40,634 bases of DNA from an uncultured Clostridia bacterium (GTDB lineage: Bacteria; Bacillota; Clostridia; Christensenellales; UBA1242): the NCBI GenBank assembly GCA_944349615.1, contig CALVNK010000003.1:1-40634 (forward strand), given 5' to 3'. A program made the translations under genes and the position numbers. Position 1 is the stretch's first letter; each line of letters begins with the position of its first letter. Positions 10,364 to 19,216 of this stretch are shown here, in pieces. The notes under the pieces are model-generated. The model saw only the letters and a program-made list of their open reading frames with translations. It did not search any database and was not told where the DNA came from.

Positions 10364-11118
10364 TAGACGAGATTTCTCCAAATCATTTCAAAATATTTGC
10401 CAAAATCTTTGTCCTCTCTCTTTGCAAGTGGGCTTGCGCCTTCAAAGTTTATTTCATATATTTCCTTTACATGTGCTGGACGCTTTGATAGCACAATGAT
10501 TTTGTCGGACATACTGAGTGCCTCTGAAATATCATGCGTGACTAAAAGCGCCGTTTTATTTTCGCTTTTGATTATCTCATATACGTCATCACAAACCTTA
10601 AGTCTTGTTTGAAAATCGAGTGCCGAAAAGGGCTCATCAAGAAGAAGCAAGGCTGGATTTAAAACAAGTGTACGAATAAGTGCCACGCGCTGACGCATAC
10701 CACCGCTCAGTTGTCGAGGCTTTTTGTTTTTGAAGGGGTAGAGATCGTATTTCTTAAGTAGACTTTCAGCAAAAGCGAGAGATTTTTCATCCTTATGCTT
10801 TTTTTGAATTTCTAGACCTAAGATGATATTTTGCCAGATTGTACGCCACTCAAATAGATGGTCGCGTTGAAACATATATCCAATTCTATCATCATGCTTT
10901 TTTACTTTTTCGCCGTTTATAAGGATTTCACCAGACGAACAGTTTAAAAGTCCGCAAGTAAGCGAAAGTATGGTTGTTTTTCCACAGCCACTAGGCCCTA
11001 CGAGTGAAGTGAACTGCTTTTCTTTAACTGAAAAGTCCACATTTTCAAGTGCCTTGACTTCGTTTTCCTTGGTCTGATAGAAATATGAAACATTTTTAAA
11101 TTCTAGCAAGTTATCCAT
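10363..11118 (-). CDS. ABC transporter ATP-binding protein (NitT/TauT-type)
   Basis: Walker A GPSGCGKT, signature LSGGMRQR, Walker B LLLLDEPFSALD, H-loop VTHD. Confidence 0.93.
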   Translation of the reverse strand: MDNLLEFKNVSYFYQTKENEVKALENVDFSVKEKQFTSLVGPSGCGKTTILSLTCGLLNCSSGEILINGEKVKKHDDRIGYMFQRDHLFEWRTIWQNIILGLEIQKKHKDEKSLAFAESLLKKYDLYPFKNKKPRQLSGGMRQRVALIRTLVLNPALLLLDEPFSALDFQTRLKVCDDVYEIIKSENKTALLVTHDISEALSMSDKIIVLSKRPAHVKEIYEINFEGASPLAKREDKDFGKYFEMIWRNLV

Positions 11119-11191
11119 GTTGACCTCTACAATATCAGTTTAGATTTTGGAAAGGAAAATGTGACTATTTTTAAAAATTTGGCAGTGAAGG

Positions 11192-11220
11192 TTGAAAGCG
11201 AAAAAATCCTATCCTATAAT
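11192..11220 (+). promoter_or_regulatory. Sigma-A-type promoter heading the phage-like operon
   Basis: TTGAAA (11192-11197), 17 bp, TATAAT (11215-11220); AAGGGGAG SD before GTG 11253. Confidence 0.7.
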
Positions 11221-11252
11221 TTTGCCATAAGTTGCAAAGGGGAGTGAAATAA

Positions 11253-11543
11253 GTGGATGATGAAGATAAATTAAGAAAAGCACTACTCAAGAAAGCACTT
11301 GGATACAATGCTGACGAAGTGGTCGAAGAATATACTTTTGATGACGAGGGCGCGCTAAAGTTGTCAAAAAAGAAGGTCACAAGCAAGCACTATGGTCCAG
11401 ATATCAGTGCGGTCAAAGTGCTTTTAGAGAGATTTTACAAGAGTTATGAAGATAAGATATCCGCTTTTGATGACGAGGAGCTTGAACAAGAAAGATTGCG
11501 ACTTATAAAAGCACTTAAGGAGAGTGAAAATGGAAATAAATGA
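11253..11543 (+). CDS. Terminase small-subunit-like protein lacking the N-terminal HTH
   Basis: ALLKKALGY..EE...KKVTSKHYGPDISA resembles the ALxKRALGY...KKVxKxVxPDxxA segment of Firmicute phage TerS-like proteins. First gene of the module. Confidence 0.5.
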   Translation: MDDEDKLRKALLKKALGYNADEVVEEYTFDDEGALKLSKKKVTSKHYGPDISAVKVLLERFYKSYEDKISAFDDEELEQERLRLIKALKESENGNK

Positions 11544-11745
11544 GTGTAAAACCAAAACTAAATGCGATTTTTATGGTTGTAATAACCTTGCAAAATATAC
11601 ATTTTCAACTAAAGGACTGATTAAAAGAGATCTGTGTTTTTGCGAAGAATGTCTTGAAGGTATGTATCAAGCGATAGCAAAACTTAAGACTCCAAAGTCA
11701 ATCAAAAGTCCGTTTAAACTAAATAAAAGGAACATTGTCAAATGA
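11530..11745 (+). CDS. Small Cys-rich (putative zinc-finger) protein
   Basis: CDFYGC...LCFCEEC; AAGGAG SD; overlaps both neighbours. Confidence 0.6.
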   Translation: MEINECKTKTKCDFYGCNNLAKYTFSTKGLIKRDLCFCEECLEGMYQAIAKLKTPKSIKSPFKLNKRNIVK

Positions 11746-13589
11746 AAAAGGAAGAAGAAAAAATTGTAAATGAAGTGCTTGCCGATTTTAAAGAGCGAGC
11801 AGAAAAACGAAAGAGTCTTGACCTTATCTGGCAGGTAAACATGAATTTTTTAATGGGCAATCAATATTGCAATATTGGCTATGGTGGAAACCTGGAAGAA
11901 AGCGAAAGACAATATTTTTGGCAGGAGCGAGAGGTGTTTAATCATATTGCACCAACTTTCGATATTCGATATGCAAAACTTACCAAAGTGGACACCGAGA
12001 TAAACATTTTGCCTTCGACTAATGACGAGCGAGATGTAAAATCTGCAAAAGTCTCTAAAAAGATAATAAAATCAATCAAAAACAAACTCAAACTGCAATC
12101 TATTATCGCACAGGGAATAAAATGGAGCGAAGTTTGCGGTACTTGTTTCTATAAGATCACTTGGAATAGTGACAAGGGACAGGTGGTTGGTCTAGATGAG
12201 GGCGGACACCCTGTGAAAAGCGGAGAAGTCGAAGTAAGTGTAGTCAGTCCTTTTGAAATCTATCCTGACAATCTTGTCACTGAAAAACTTGAAGAATTGC
12301 AAAGCATAATTCATGCCAAAGCATATTCTACAGAGGAAGTCAAAGCCATGTTTGATGTGACAGTAAAAGGACAAGATGTCAATGTCTATAGTCTTGATAG
12401 TGTCAATTCGAGTATAGGCGGTCTTGGCTTCAATGGCACAATGCCGAAGATGATTGAAAGCAGAAAGAGTGATAGCGTCTTAGTGATAGAAAGATATAAT
12501 AGACCAAACGCCACCTATCCAAATGGCAGACTTACAATAGTTGCAGGTGATAAACTTGTATATGACGGCGATCTTCCATATAAAATTGGAAGTGATGACG
12601 AGCGTGATTTTCCTTTTGTCAAACAAACAGCGATAGAGGAGCCAGGCTCATTTTTCGGCACAAGCATAATTGAAAGACTGATACCTGTTCAGCGCGCATA
12701 CAATGCAGTTAAAAATCGAAAACATGAGTTTATCAATAGGCTCTCTATGGGAGTTTTGTCTGTCGAAGACGGTTCAGTCGATCTTGACAACTTGGAAGAC
12801 GAGGGCTTGAGTCCTGGTAAAATCTTGGTGTATAGGCAGGGTTCAAGCGAGCCTAAATATCTTCAAGGTGAAAGTTTGCCAAACGGACTGAGCGAAGAAG
12901 AAAATGCCTTGCTTGAAGAATTTAATAAGATAAGTGGAGTCAATGATATATTGAATTCAAGTTCGCTGTCATCAAATATAAGTGGAACAGCACTTGAATT
13001 ATTGATTTCACAGGACGAAGAACGCCTTAATGCCTCTATAGAAAGCATAAGAGGCGCAAATATCGAGATTGCACGCAAAATATTAAAACTTTACAAGCAA
13101 TATGCAATTTTCCCGCGTCTTGCCCGCATTGTTGGCGAAAATGGACAAGTTGAACTATTTTACTTTTCATCGTGCGACATCTCAAGTGATGATGTTGAAA
13201 TAGAAAATGTATCAAGTGGGCTTAGCAGTATGACGCAAAGACGAGAGATGATTTTCTCACTGCTTGAGAAGGGGATTTTTAACGATGAAAATGGTCAATT
13301 GTCGAGCAAGATGAAATGCAAGATATTTGAGATGCTTGGCATGGGCAATTGGGAAAGTGCTCAAGACTTAAACGAGTTACATATCAAAAAGGCGGGAAGC
13401 GAAAACCTAAAGATGCTCGATGGAGTCAACTGCAAGGTCAGTGAGATTGACGAAGATAATCTACACATCAACGAGCATATTGCATTTATGCTTGGCAGTG
13501 ACTATGAAAAGATGTCAATGAAAAATTCAAATCTAGAGCGAGTATTTTTAGAGCATATTCGTGCACATAGACAAAAAATGGAGGGATAA
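11742..13589 (+). CDS. Portal protein-like (podovirus/P22-type)
   Basis: 615 aa; W..NMNFLMGNQY, VSVVSPFEIYPD, FFGTSIIERLIPVQRAYN, SGTALELL; precedes scaffold and capsid genes. Confidence 0.72.
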   Translation: MKKEEEKIVNEVLADFKERAEKRKSLDLIWQVNMNFLMGNQYCNIGYGGNLEESERQYFWQEREVFNHIAPTFDIRYAKLTKVDTEINILPSTNDERDVKSAKVSKKIIKSIKNKLKLQSIIAQGIKWSEVCGTCFYKITWNSDKGQVVGLDEGGHPVKSGEVEVSVVSPFEIYPDNLVTEKLEELQSIIHAKAYSTEEVKAMFDVTVKGQDVNVYSLDSVNSSIGGLGFNGTMPKMIESRKSDSVLVIERYNRPNATYPNGRLTIVAGDKLVYDGDLPYKIGSDDERDFPFVKQTAIEEPGSFFGTSIIERLIPVQRAYNAVKNRKHEFINRLSMGVLSVEDGSVDLDNLEDEGLSPGKILVYRQGSSEPKYLQGESLPNGLSEEENALLEEFNKISGVNDILNSSSLSSNISGTALELLISQDEERLNASIESIRGANIEIARKILKLYKQYAIFPRLARIVGENGQVELFYFSSCDISSDDVEIENVSSGLSSMTQRREMIFSLLEKGIFNDENGQLSSKMKCKIFEMLGMGNWESAQDLNELHIKKAGSENLKMLDGVNCKVSEIDEDNLHINEHIAFMLGSDYEKMSMKNSNLERVFLEHIRAHRQKMEG

Positions 13590-13590
13590 A

Positions 13591-14307
13591 ATGGAAGAAG
13601 AATTCAGAGAACAACCGACGACGGAACTGGCAACCGCTTTAGACCGAGCAAATGAGAATAGTGCTGAAAGTGTGGTCGGCTCTCAAGAAAATCTAGGAAA
13701 ATTCAAATCTGCAAGTGCGTTATATGAGGCCTATAATAATCTTCAGTCTGAATTTACTAGAAAATGTCAGCTTTTAAGTGAACTACAAAAAGAAAAAACA
13801 GGGCAAGAAAACAAAGATGACTATAAGGCAAATGATGATCAATCCGCGCCTGCAAGTCAAGACGAAGAAAAATCCCAATTGCAAACCGACAATCTTGAAA
13901 AGACCGATTTGCAAGTTGGCGACTTTGAAAAAAGCCAAAGTGAAATGCAAGCCTCTCTTGCCGAGTTCCTTTTAAGTCACAAGGAAGCTGAAGGTTTCAT
14001 TGATGAGATTAAAGAAAAGATCTCTCAAGGCAATCAAAATCAAAATCCTTTTGAAAGTGCGTGGGAAAGCGTAATGCTTGCTCACTTAAAGTCACAAGAC
14101 CCGAGCGACGTAATTGTAAATCAATATGTGGCTAGTGATGAAAGGATAAAAGACAAGATAATTCAAGACTATCTATTACAATTAAATGAAGGAAAGCCAC
14201 CAAAGACGCTATCTTCAAACAGTGGACAAAGGTTGTCTAGTGTAATTCCTGACAATCCTTTGACACTTGAAGATGCTAAAAAACTTGTTGGCAAAATGTT
14301 TAGTTAA
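13591..14307 (+). CDS. Capsid scaffolding protein-like
   Basis: Acidic and helical; GKFKSASALYEAYNNLQSEFTRKCQ motif; lies between portal and capsid. Start at ATG 13591 after GGAGGG. Confidence 0.6.
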   Translation: MEEEFREQPTTELATALDRANENSAESVVGSQENLGKFKSASALYEAYNNLQSEFTRKCQLLSELQKEKTGQENKDDYKANDDQSAPASQDEEKSQLQTDNLEKTDLQVGDFEKSQSEMQASLAEFLLSHKEAEGFIDEIKEKISQGNQNQNPFESAWESVMLAHLKSQDPSDVIVNQYVASDERIKDKIIQDYLLQLNEGKPPKTLSSNSGQRLSSVIPDNPLTLEDAKKLVGKMFS

Positions 14308-14471
14308 AATAATTATTTAGCGTTAATTTTTATTAATTTAATAAAAAAATGCAAAAAAATCGCAAAAATTTTAAAAAAATCATAAAAAATGCGATATTTT
14401 AATTATTTTTAACAAACGAAAGTTAAAAACAGAAAATAAAAAAATCTAAAGAATTTTAAAAAGGAGAAAAT

Positions 14472-15692
14472 ATGGTTACATTACAAACAGCAGAGAGTGC
14501 ACTTAAAAATGTCTATCTTGGCGTTGTTGCAAACCAACTCAATGTCAAGGCAAATCCACTCCTTGCTAAAATCAAACAATCTACTAAAGATGTATGGGGT
14601 AAGGAAGTAAGAAAACTTGCTCCTTTCGGTATCAATGGTGGAATTGGTGCAGGTAGTGAAACAGACGCCCTTCCATCATCTTCTGCAAACAGCTATGTAC
14701 AGTTTGTTGCAGACCTAAAAAACCTTTATGGTAAAATCGAGTTGTCAGATAAAGCAATAAGAGCATCTGCAAACAATATCGGCGCTTTTGTAAATTTACT
14801 TTCTGATGAAATGGAAGGACTTGTAAAAGCAAGTTCATTCAACCTTGGCAGAATGTTATATGGAGATGGCAGTGGACTTCTTGCAACTGTCAAATCACAT
14901 GCTTCTAAAGTTATCACTTGCGACAAGGTTAACAACATGATCGAAGGAATGCTTATCGATGTTTACAATACATCAAGTACAAAAGTTAATACAAATCCGC
15001 TCAAGATCGTATATGTTGACAGAGTAAATAATACTGTGACTTATGAATCTAGCGAAACTCTTACTATAAGCGAAAACTTTACTCTCTATGTTCAAGGCTC
15101 AAAAGGCTATGAGATTTCTGGTCTTGGCAAGATTTTCTCAAGCGATGACACTATCTATGGCGTAAGCAGGACAGCTCATCCTTGGCTTAAAGCATACACC
15201 TCATCTAGCGAAACAGAGATCTCTGATATCTTAATTCAAGAAGCAATTGACTTTTTGGATATGAATGTTGACAGTCAAATCAACTTCATTGCCTGCTCAA
15301 GTCAAGTTCGCCGTGCATATCAAGAGTACCTTGGAGCATACAGAAGAAATATCGAAGTTATGACTCTTGATGGTGGATACAAGACAATCTCTCACAACGG
15401 CATACCTGTTGTTGCTGACAGATTTGTAGACAATGACACTATGTATCTATTAAATACAAATGATTTCACATTGCATCAACTTTGCGATTGGAAGTGGCTT
15501 GAAGGCGAAGATGGAAGAATTTTAAAACAAAATCAAGGCTATCCAACTTACAGCGCAACACTTGTAAAATATGCAGAACTTATCTGTGATAAGCCATGCG
15601 GACAGGCAAAGATTTCTAAGATCAAATCTACTGTAACAAACCCATTCCAAACTACAGTAAATGTTACAAATAGCGACGGAGAAACTGCTTAA
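14472..15692 (+). CDS. Phage major capsid protein-like (HK97 fold expected)
   Basis: 406 aa; AAGGAG SD; LKNLYGKIELSDKAIRAS, RMLYGDGSG, HNGIPVVADRFV..MYLLNT; followed by a strong hairpin. Confidence 0.78.
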   Translation: MVTLQTAESALKNVYLGVVANQLNVKANPLLAKIKQSTKDVWGKEVRKLAPFGINGGIGAGSETDALPSSSANSYVQFVADLKNLYGKIELSDKAIRASANNIGAFVNLLSDEMEGLVKASSFNLGRMLYGDGSGLLATVKSHASKVITCDKVNNMIEGMLIDVYNTSSTKVNTNPLKIVYVDRVNNTVTYESSETLTISENFTLYVQGSKGYEISGLGKIFSSDDTIYGVSRTAHPWLKAYTSSSETEISDILIQEAIDFLDMNVDSQINFIACSSQVRRAYQEYLGAYRRNIEVMTLDGGYKTISHNGIPVVADRFVDNDTMYLLNTNDFTLHQLCDWKWLEGEDGRILKQNQGYPTYSATLVKYAELICDKPCGQAKISKIKSTVTNPFQTTVNVTNSDGETA

Positions 15693-15717
15693 TTATTTGT
15701 AAATAAAAGTAAGGGGT

Positions 15718-15751
15718 AAGGCAAAAAATAATATTTAAATTTTTTGCCTTT
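15718..15751 (+). terminator. Terminator hairpin after the capsid gene
   Basis: Perfect 12-bp stem AAGGCAAAAAAT / ATTTTTTGCCTT; the T tail abuts the MITE-like element. Confidence 0.65.
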
Positions 15752-16002
15752 CAGACTGTAGACAAACGGCGCGACCGAAAAATTATAAGTAATTTTTCTT
15801 GCATCGTATCGTCAAAGGCTACGCTTATGTCAAGTTGTTAAACAACTTAGACTTTAACGCTCGCCTTTTCCTCTCCCCATAAATGCAAAAGCATTTACGG
15901 GGTACCCCAAAATAAGACGCCCAAAACCAGTCATTTAGGTATACTAAACTCCTGGCTTTGAGCATTTTTCGAGCCTTGCCTCGCTTGTTTTTCTACAGTC
16001 TG
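15752..16002. mobile_element. 251-bp MITE-like element with 16-bp terminal inverted repeats (IS1182-like ends)
   Basis: Left end CAGACTGTAGACAAAC (15752-15767) and right end GTTTTTCTACAGTCTG (15987-16002) match 15/16. Non-coding, with internal hairpins such as CCCCATAAATGC-AAAA-GCATTTACGGGG (15875-15902). Confidence 0.7.
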
Positions 16003-16129
16003 TTAATTCGTCAAAACTTTAATAATTTTTTCTTTAATTTAATAAAAATTTCAAAAAAAACAGAGATTTTTCAAAAAAATATGCGATTTTTTGAAAATCA
16101 AAAGATATTTTTGCAAAGGAGTTATATTT

Positions 16130-16447
16130 ATGAAACATTTGATTGAAGTGACAAGCGATGTCTTCTATATCTGTCAAAGACTAAAAGATATAGACAAAGA
16201 TTACTATATTCTTTTTAATTTGACCAGTAAAAAGTTCGAAGTTCATGTGCGCGGTCAAGGCAAGAATAGTTATGCGTTTACCGTTCCCTTCGACACACTA
16301 GACGAGCGTACACTTTTCTATGCAAGGAAGACCAGAAGAGAGCGCATGGACAGGCTCATTGCAGAAATAGAAAGAGAAAATGAAAAATATTATGAGAGAG
16401 CGATAAAAGAAGGAGTAGATAAGATAAAGGAGGCTCTATGTCAATAA
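16130..16447 (+). CDS. Hypothetical protein of the phage-like operon
   Basis: AAAGGAG SD before ATG 16130; 105 aa; C-terminal coiled coil; overlaps the next gene. Confidence 0.7.
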   Translation: MKHLIEVTSDVFYICQRLKDIDKDYYILFNLTSKKFEVHVRGQGKNSYAFTVPFDTLDERTLFYARKTRRERMDRLIAEIERENEKYYERAIKEGVDKIKEALCQ

Positions 16448-16992
16448 AAGATATAATAATTCTTGCCTGTAGTTTTACCGAAAATGAAGAGCTTAAAGAG
16501 GCACTTTCCTCAAGTACTGCCAGCCTAGATGAAAAGCAGACAGATCTTGTCAATATGTTTGTCGAGTGCTTTAATTTGATAGCAAACGAAATCGCCAGTG
16601 ACTATATTCCGCATTATGAGCGTGAAACTCTTGTCACCAATGATTTCAAGATCAACTATTCGAGTTTTTCGTCTGTTCCGCTTAAAATCGTTTCGGTAGT
16701 TGATAAAAATGGTCACAAAGTGCGCTTTAAAGCATTTGATGACTACCTAATGGCACTTGCAAGTGAAGTGACCGTCACCTATCTATCTCAGCCTGAAGAA
16801 AAGGGGTTAAATGATAGTGTTGCTAGCGTTATTCCAATGCGGATCTATGCCTATGGTATGGCGAGAGAATACTATCTCATGCAAACTCTCTATGAAGAGG
16901 CGGATATATGGCAAGAGCGTTTCGTACAAGCGCTCCAGTCGCTTTCGCGCAGGAAAAATGAAACAATGATGCCTGCTAGGAGGTGGCTATAA
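16438..16992 (+). CDS. Head-tail adaptor-like protein (P22 gp4 / tail tubular protein A position)
   Basis: 184 aa; GGAGG SD; helical termini around a beta core; downstream of the capsid gene. Function inferred from size and position. Confidence 0.5.
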   Translation: MSIKDIIILACSFTENEELKEALSSSTASLDEKQTDLVNMFVECFNLIANEIASDYIPHYERETLVTNDFKINYSSFSSVPLKIVSVVDKNGHKVRFKAFDDYLMALASEVTVTYLSQPEEKGLNDSVASVIPMRIYAYGMAREYYLMQTLYEEADIWQERFVQALQSLSRRKNETMMPARRWL

Positions 16993-18467
16993 TGAGTTAT
17001 GCCGATAAGATCAAAAGCAAGGAAAAAGAGTTTAGATTTAGTCTTTTTGCGTCTAGTTCTGCAAAAAACAGTGATGAACTTGAAAAAGTCGGACTTACAA
17101 AAGAAAAATATAACCTGATTTGCTCTGAAGGTTCGCTTAAGTCTGGCTATGGTTTTGCTGACTTAAAGATGCCGACAAGCGAAACAGACCTAGACAGTGA
17201 AAGTGTGGTTGATTTTCGTGGCGACTCTGTTAAAGCCATCTGGAAACTCAAGTGGTTTGATGTGAGCGCAGACACCAACAAATACTATCTTTTCTATTTT
17301 AATGATGAAGGATATATTTGTTATGACAATATGTTTGGCGTGCGAGTGACTTCGTTTATTGTGCCAAACACTTTCACGCAAACGCCTTTTTGCGCCTATT
17401 ATCGCAAAGGCACTCAAGACGCACTGCTCCTGTCAGGTGAAGGGGACAGTTTGACCGTGCTTACAGGCGGATCAAACGAGAAAAATGCAGACGCGCCCGA
17501 GATTATATCAATTTGCGTATATTCAGACAAACTCTTTGCAATCACTGCCAGCGATAGAGCGTCACTGATCTATACTGACGATATAGAGATTTTGAATTTC
17601 ACTGACGAAAAGACTGCAGAACTTGATTTTGGTGATGAGCGTGGAAACTTGCAAAGACTCATCTCTTTCAATGACTATCTTTACATTTTCCGCGATTATG
17701 GCATAACAAAACTATCGGTGTATGGAACGAGCGAAACCTTTGCCGTAAATCATCTTTATCATAGTGACAGCTACATATATCCAAACTCGATCTGCCTAAA
17801 TGGCGAGGATGTTTACTTTTTAAACTGCAATGGACTAAAGAAATTTAACGGAACAAGCGTAAGCGATCTTGATCTCGATGGCTTTGACCTGATTAAAGAT
17901 ATAAATCAAGCAAAATGCTATGCCTCGATCTATGACGGCAAGTATTATCTTGCGTGCAGGGGAAAGGTCAGCGGTGACGGTGTAGGGTGCGAGAATAATA
18001 CTCAAGGCTACACAAACAATATGCTTTTTGTCTATGACATCTTGACAAAACAGACCGACATTGTCCGTGGTGTTGATATCAATATGCTTTTGACTTTCAA
18101 TAACCCTTTTAAATCAAAATTGCTGGCGTGTTTCAATGGCTCAGATTTAATAGGAAAGGTTGGTCAACTTTCTAAAGATGGCAAATTTTTCTCAAGCCCA
18201 ATAAAGAAATATTGGAAAAGCACTTGTACCGACTTTGGCTATCCAAATGCAAGCAAACGAGTGTCATCTTTCAATATCAAAAGTCTTTATGATTGCAAGG
18301 TGAGGATTGTCAGCGATAAGGATAGTAAAGAGTTTGAGATAGGTGGCAATAGTGACATACAAAAGATTAAAGTAAACCTAAGAGGCAATGAATTCTATTT
18401 TGAAATTACAAGCGAAGATTTGGTGGATATCAGTAATTTTGTTGTAAATGTGAGCGTTAAAGAATGA
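16992..18467 (+). CDS. Tail nozzle/stabilisation protein-like (P22 gp10 / tail tubular protein B position)
   Basis: About 490 aa, beta-rich with propeller-like segments (LISFNDYLYIFRDYGI, ASIYDGKYYLA, MLFVYDILTK) and C-terminal YWKSTCTDFGYPNASKRV. TAATG coupling with the previous gene. Confidence 0.55.
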   Translation: MSYADKIKSKEKEFRFSLFASSSAKNSDELEKVGLTKEKYNLICSEGSLKSGYGFADLKMPTSETDLDSESVVDFRGDSVKAIWKLKWFDVSADTNKYYLFYFNDEGYICYDNMFGVRVTSFIVPNTFTQTPFCAYYRKGTQDALLLSGEGDSLTVLTGGSNEKNADAPEIISICVYSDKLFAITASDRASLIYTDDIEILNFTDEKTAELDFGDERGNLQRLISFNDYLYIFRDYGITKLSVYGTSETFAVNHLYHSDSYIYPNSICLNGEDVYFLNCNGLKKFNGTSVSDLDLDGFDLIKDINQAKCYASIYDGKYYLACRGKVSGDGVGCENNTQGYTNNMLFVYDILTKQTDIVRGVDINMLLTFNNPFKSKLLACFNGSDLIGKVGQLSKDGKFFSSPIKKYWKSTCTDFGYPNASKRVSSFNIKSLYDCKVRIVSDKDSKEFEIGGNSDIQKIKVNLRGNEFYFEITSEDLVDISNFVVNVSVKE

Positions 18468-18562
18468 AACTTGTATATCTAGACACTATTGATAGGATCA
18501 ATCGAGAGAAAATTCAAAGGGAGATAGAGATTGCAAAAAAGTTAATTGTCAAGGAGAATTAA
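18464..18562 (+). CDS. 32-aa microprotein MKLVYLDTIDRINREKIQREIEIAKKLIVKEN (not in the ORF track)
   Basis: ATGA overlap with the upstream stop; its own stop ends 1 nt before the holin ATG, so it fills the gap exactly. Confidence 0.5.
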   Translation: MKLVYLDTIDRINREKIQREIEIAKKLIVKEN

Positions 18563-18563
18563 A

Positions 18564-18788
18564 ATGGATTTCTGGACAGAACTTGTCAAAATCATTGTCA
18601 GCAATGGCATATTTGCAATGCTCTTTGTATTCTTGTTTTTCTATCAACTTAAAGATAGTGCAAAAAGAGAAGAGTCATATATACAGACAATCGAGTCACT
18701 AACCGATCATTTGGATGTGCTCGAGCAGGTGCGTGATGAAATACGCGAACTGAAATCTCTTGTTACAGGGGGAGAAGATGAAGAATAA
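18564..18788 (+). CDS. BhlA/UviB-family holin-like protein
   Basis: SNGIFAMLFVFLFFYQLKDSAKREESY: one TM segment followed by a coiled coil; AAGGAG SD. Confidence 0.8.
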   Translation: MDFWTELVKIIVSNGIFAMLFVFLFFYQLKDSAKREESYIQTIESLTDHLDVLEQVRDEIRELKSLVTGGEDEE

Positions 18789-19110
18789 AATAAAATCTTA
18801 TGGTTTTTGGACAGCTCTTGCTAGTGCTGTGGTCGTGCTTGTCAATGCACTAGGGCAGATGTTTGGCTTTTCAGTAGATAATGAAATAATCACAAATGTG
18901 ATTATGGCTATCGCAGGGCTTCTTGTTGTGCTTGGCGTGGTGACAATGCCAAAAGGCGAAGATGGCAATCAACAGGAAGGGAAGAGCGAAGAAACAGACG
19001 CAGAAAGCAAAGAAACGGACGCAGAAAGCGAAAGTGAAACGCTTTTTCTTGCTGAAGATGAGAAAGACCTTAGCGCAGAAAAGGATCAGGAAACAATGGA
19101 TCATGAATAG
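18778..19110 (+). CDS. Two-TM phage holin-like protein with an acidic C-terminal tail
   Basis: KIKSYGFWTALASAVVVL...LLVVLGVVTMP; GGGGAG SD; tail contains ETDAES twice. Confidence 0.68.
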   Translation: MKNKIKSYGFWTALASAVVVLVNALGQMFGFSVDNEIITNVIMAIAGLLVVLGVVTMPKGEDGNQQEGKSEETDAESKETDAESESETLFLAEDEKDLSAEKDQETMDHE

Positions 19111-19216
19111 TGCTAACGCCAAAATGCGCCTTGTTTTAAAAATTTTTCCTTTTATTTTTAAACAAAAACATTCAAAGACCAATAAAAGCCTTCTTAAAAA
19201 AAGAGGCGAAAAAAAA

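Larger units (their letters stand above)
11253..19110 (+). mobile_element. Phage-derived head/short-tail/holin operon (GTA-like or domesticated prophage remnant)
   Basis: Eleven co-oriented ORFs, mostly overlapping or abutting, in phage morphogenesis order. No integrase, repressor, replication, TerL or endolysin gene seen; non-phage genes on both flanks. Confidence 0.75.

Noticed and set aside
15958-16146. 62-aa ORF and the TTG 16091 start
   Set aside because: The ORF spans the MITE end and an A/T-tract spacer. The SD supports ATG 16130 for the real gene.
11253-19110. Complete inducible prophage or encapsulin locus
   Set aside because: No integrase, repressor, replication genes, TerL or endolysin for a prophage. 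Portal-, nozzle- and holin-like genes argue against an encapsulin.
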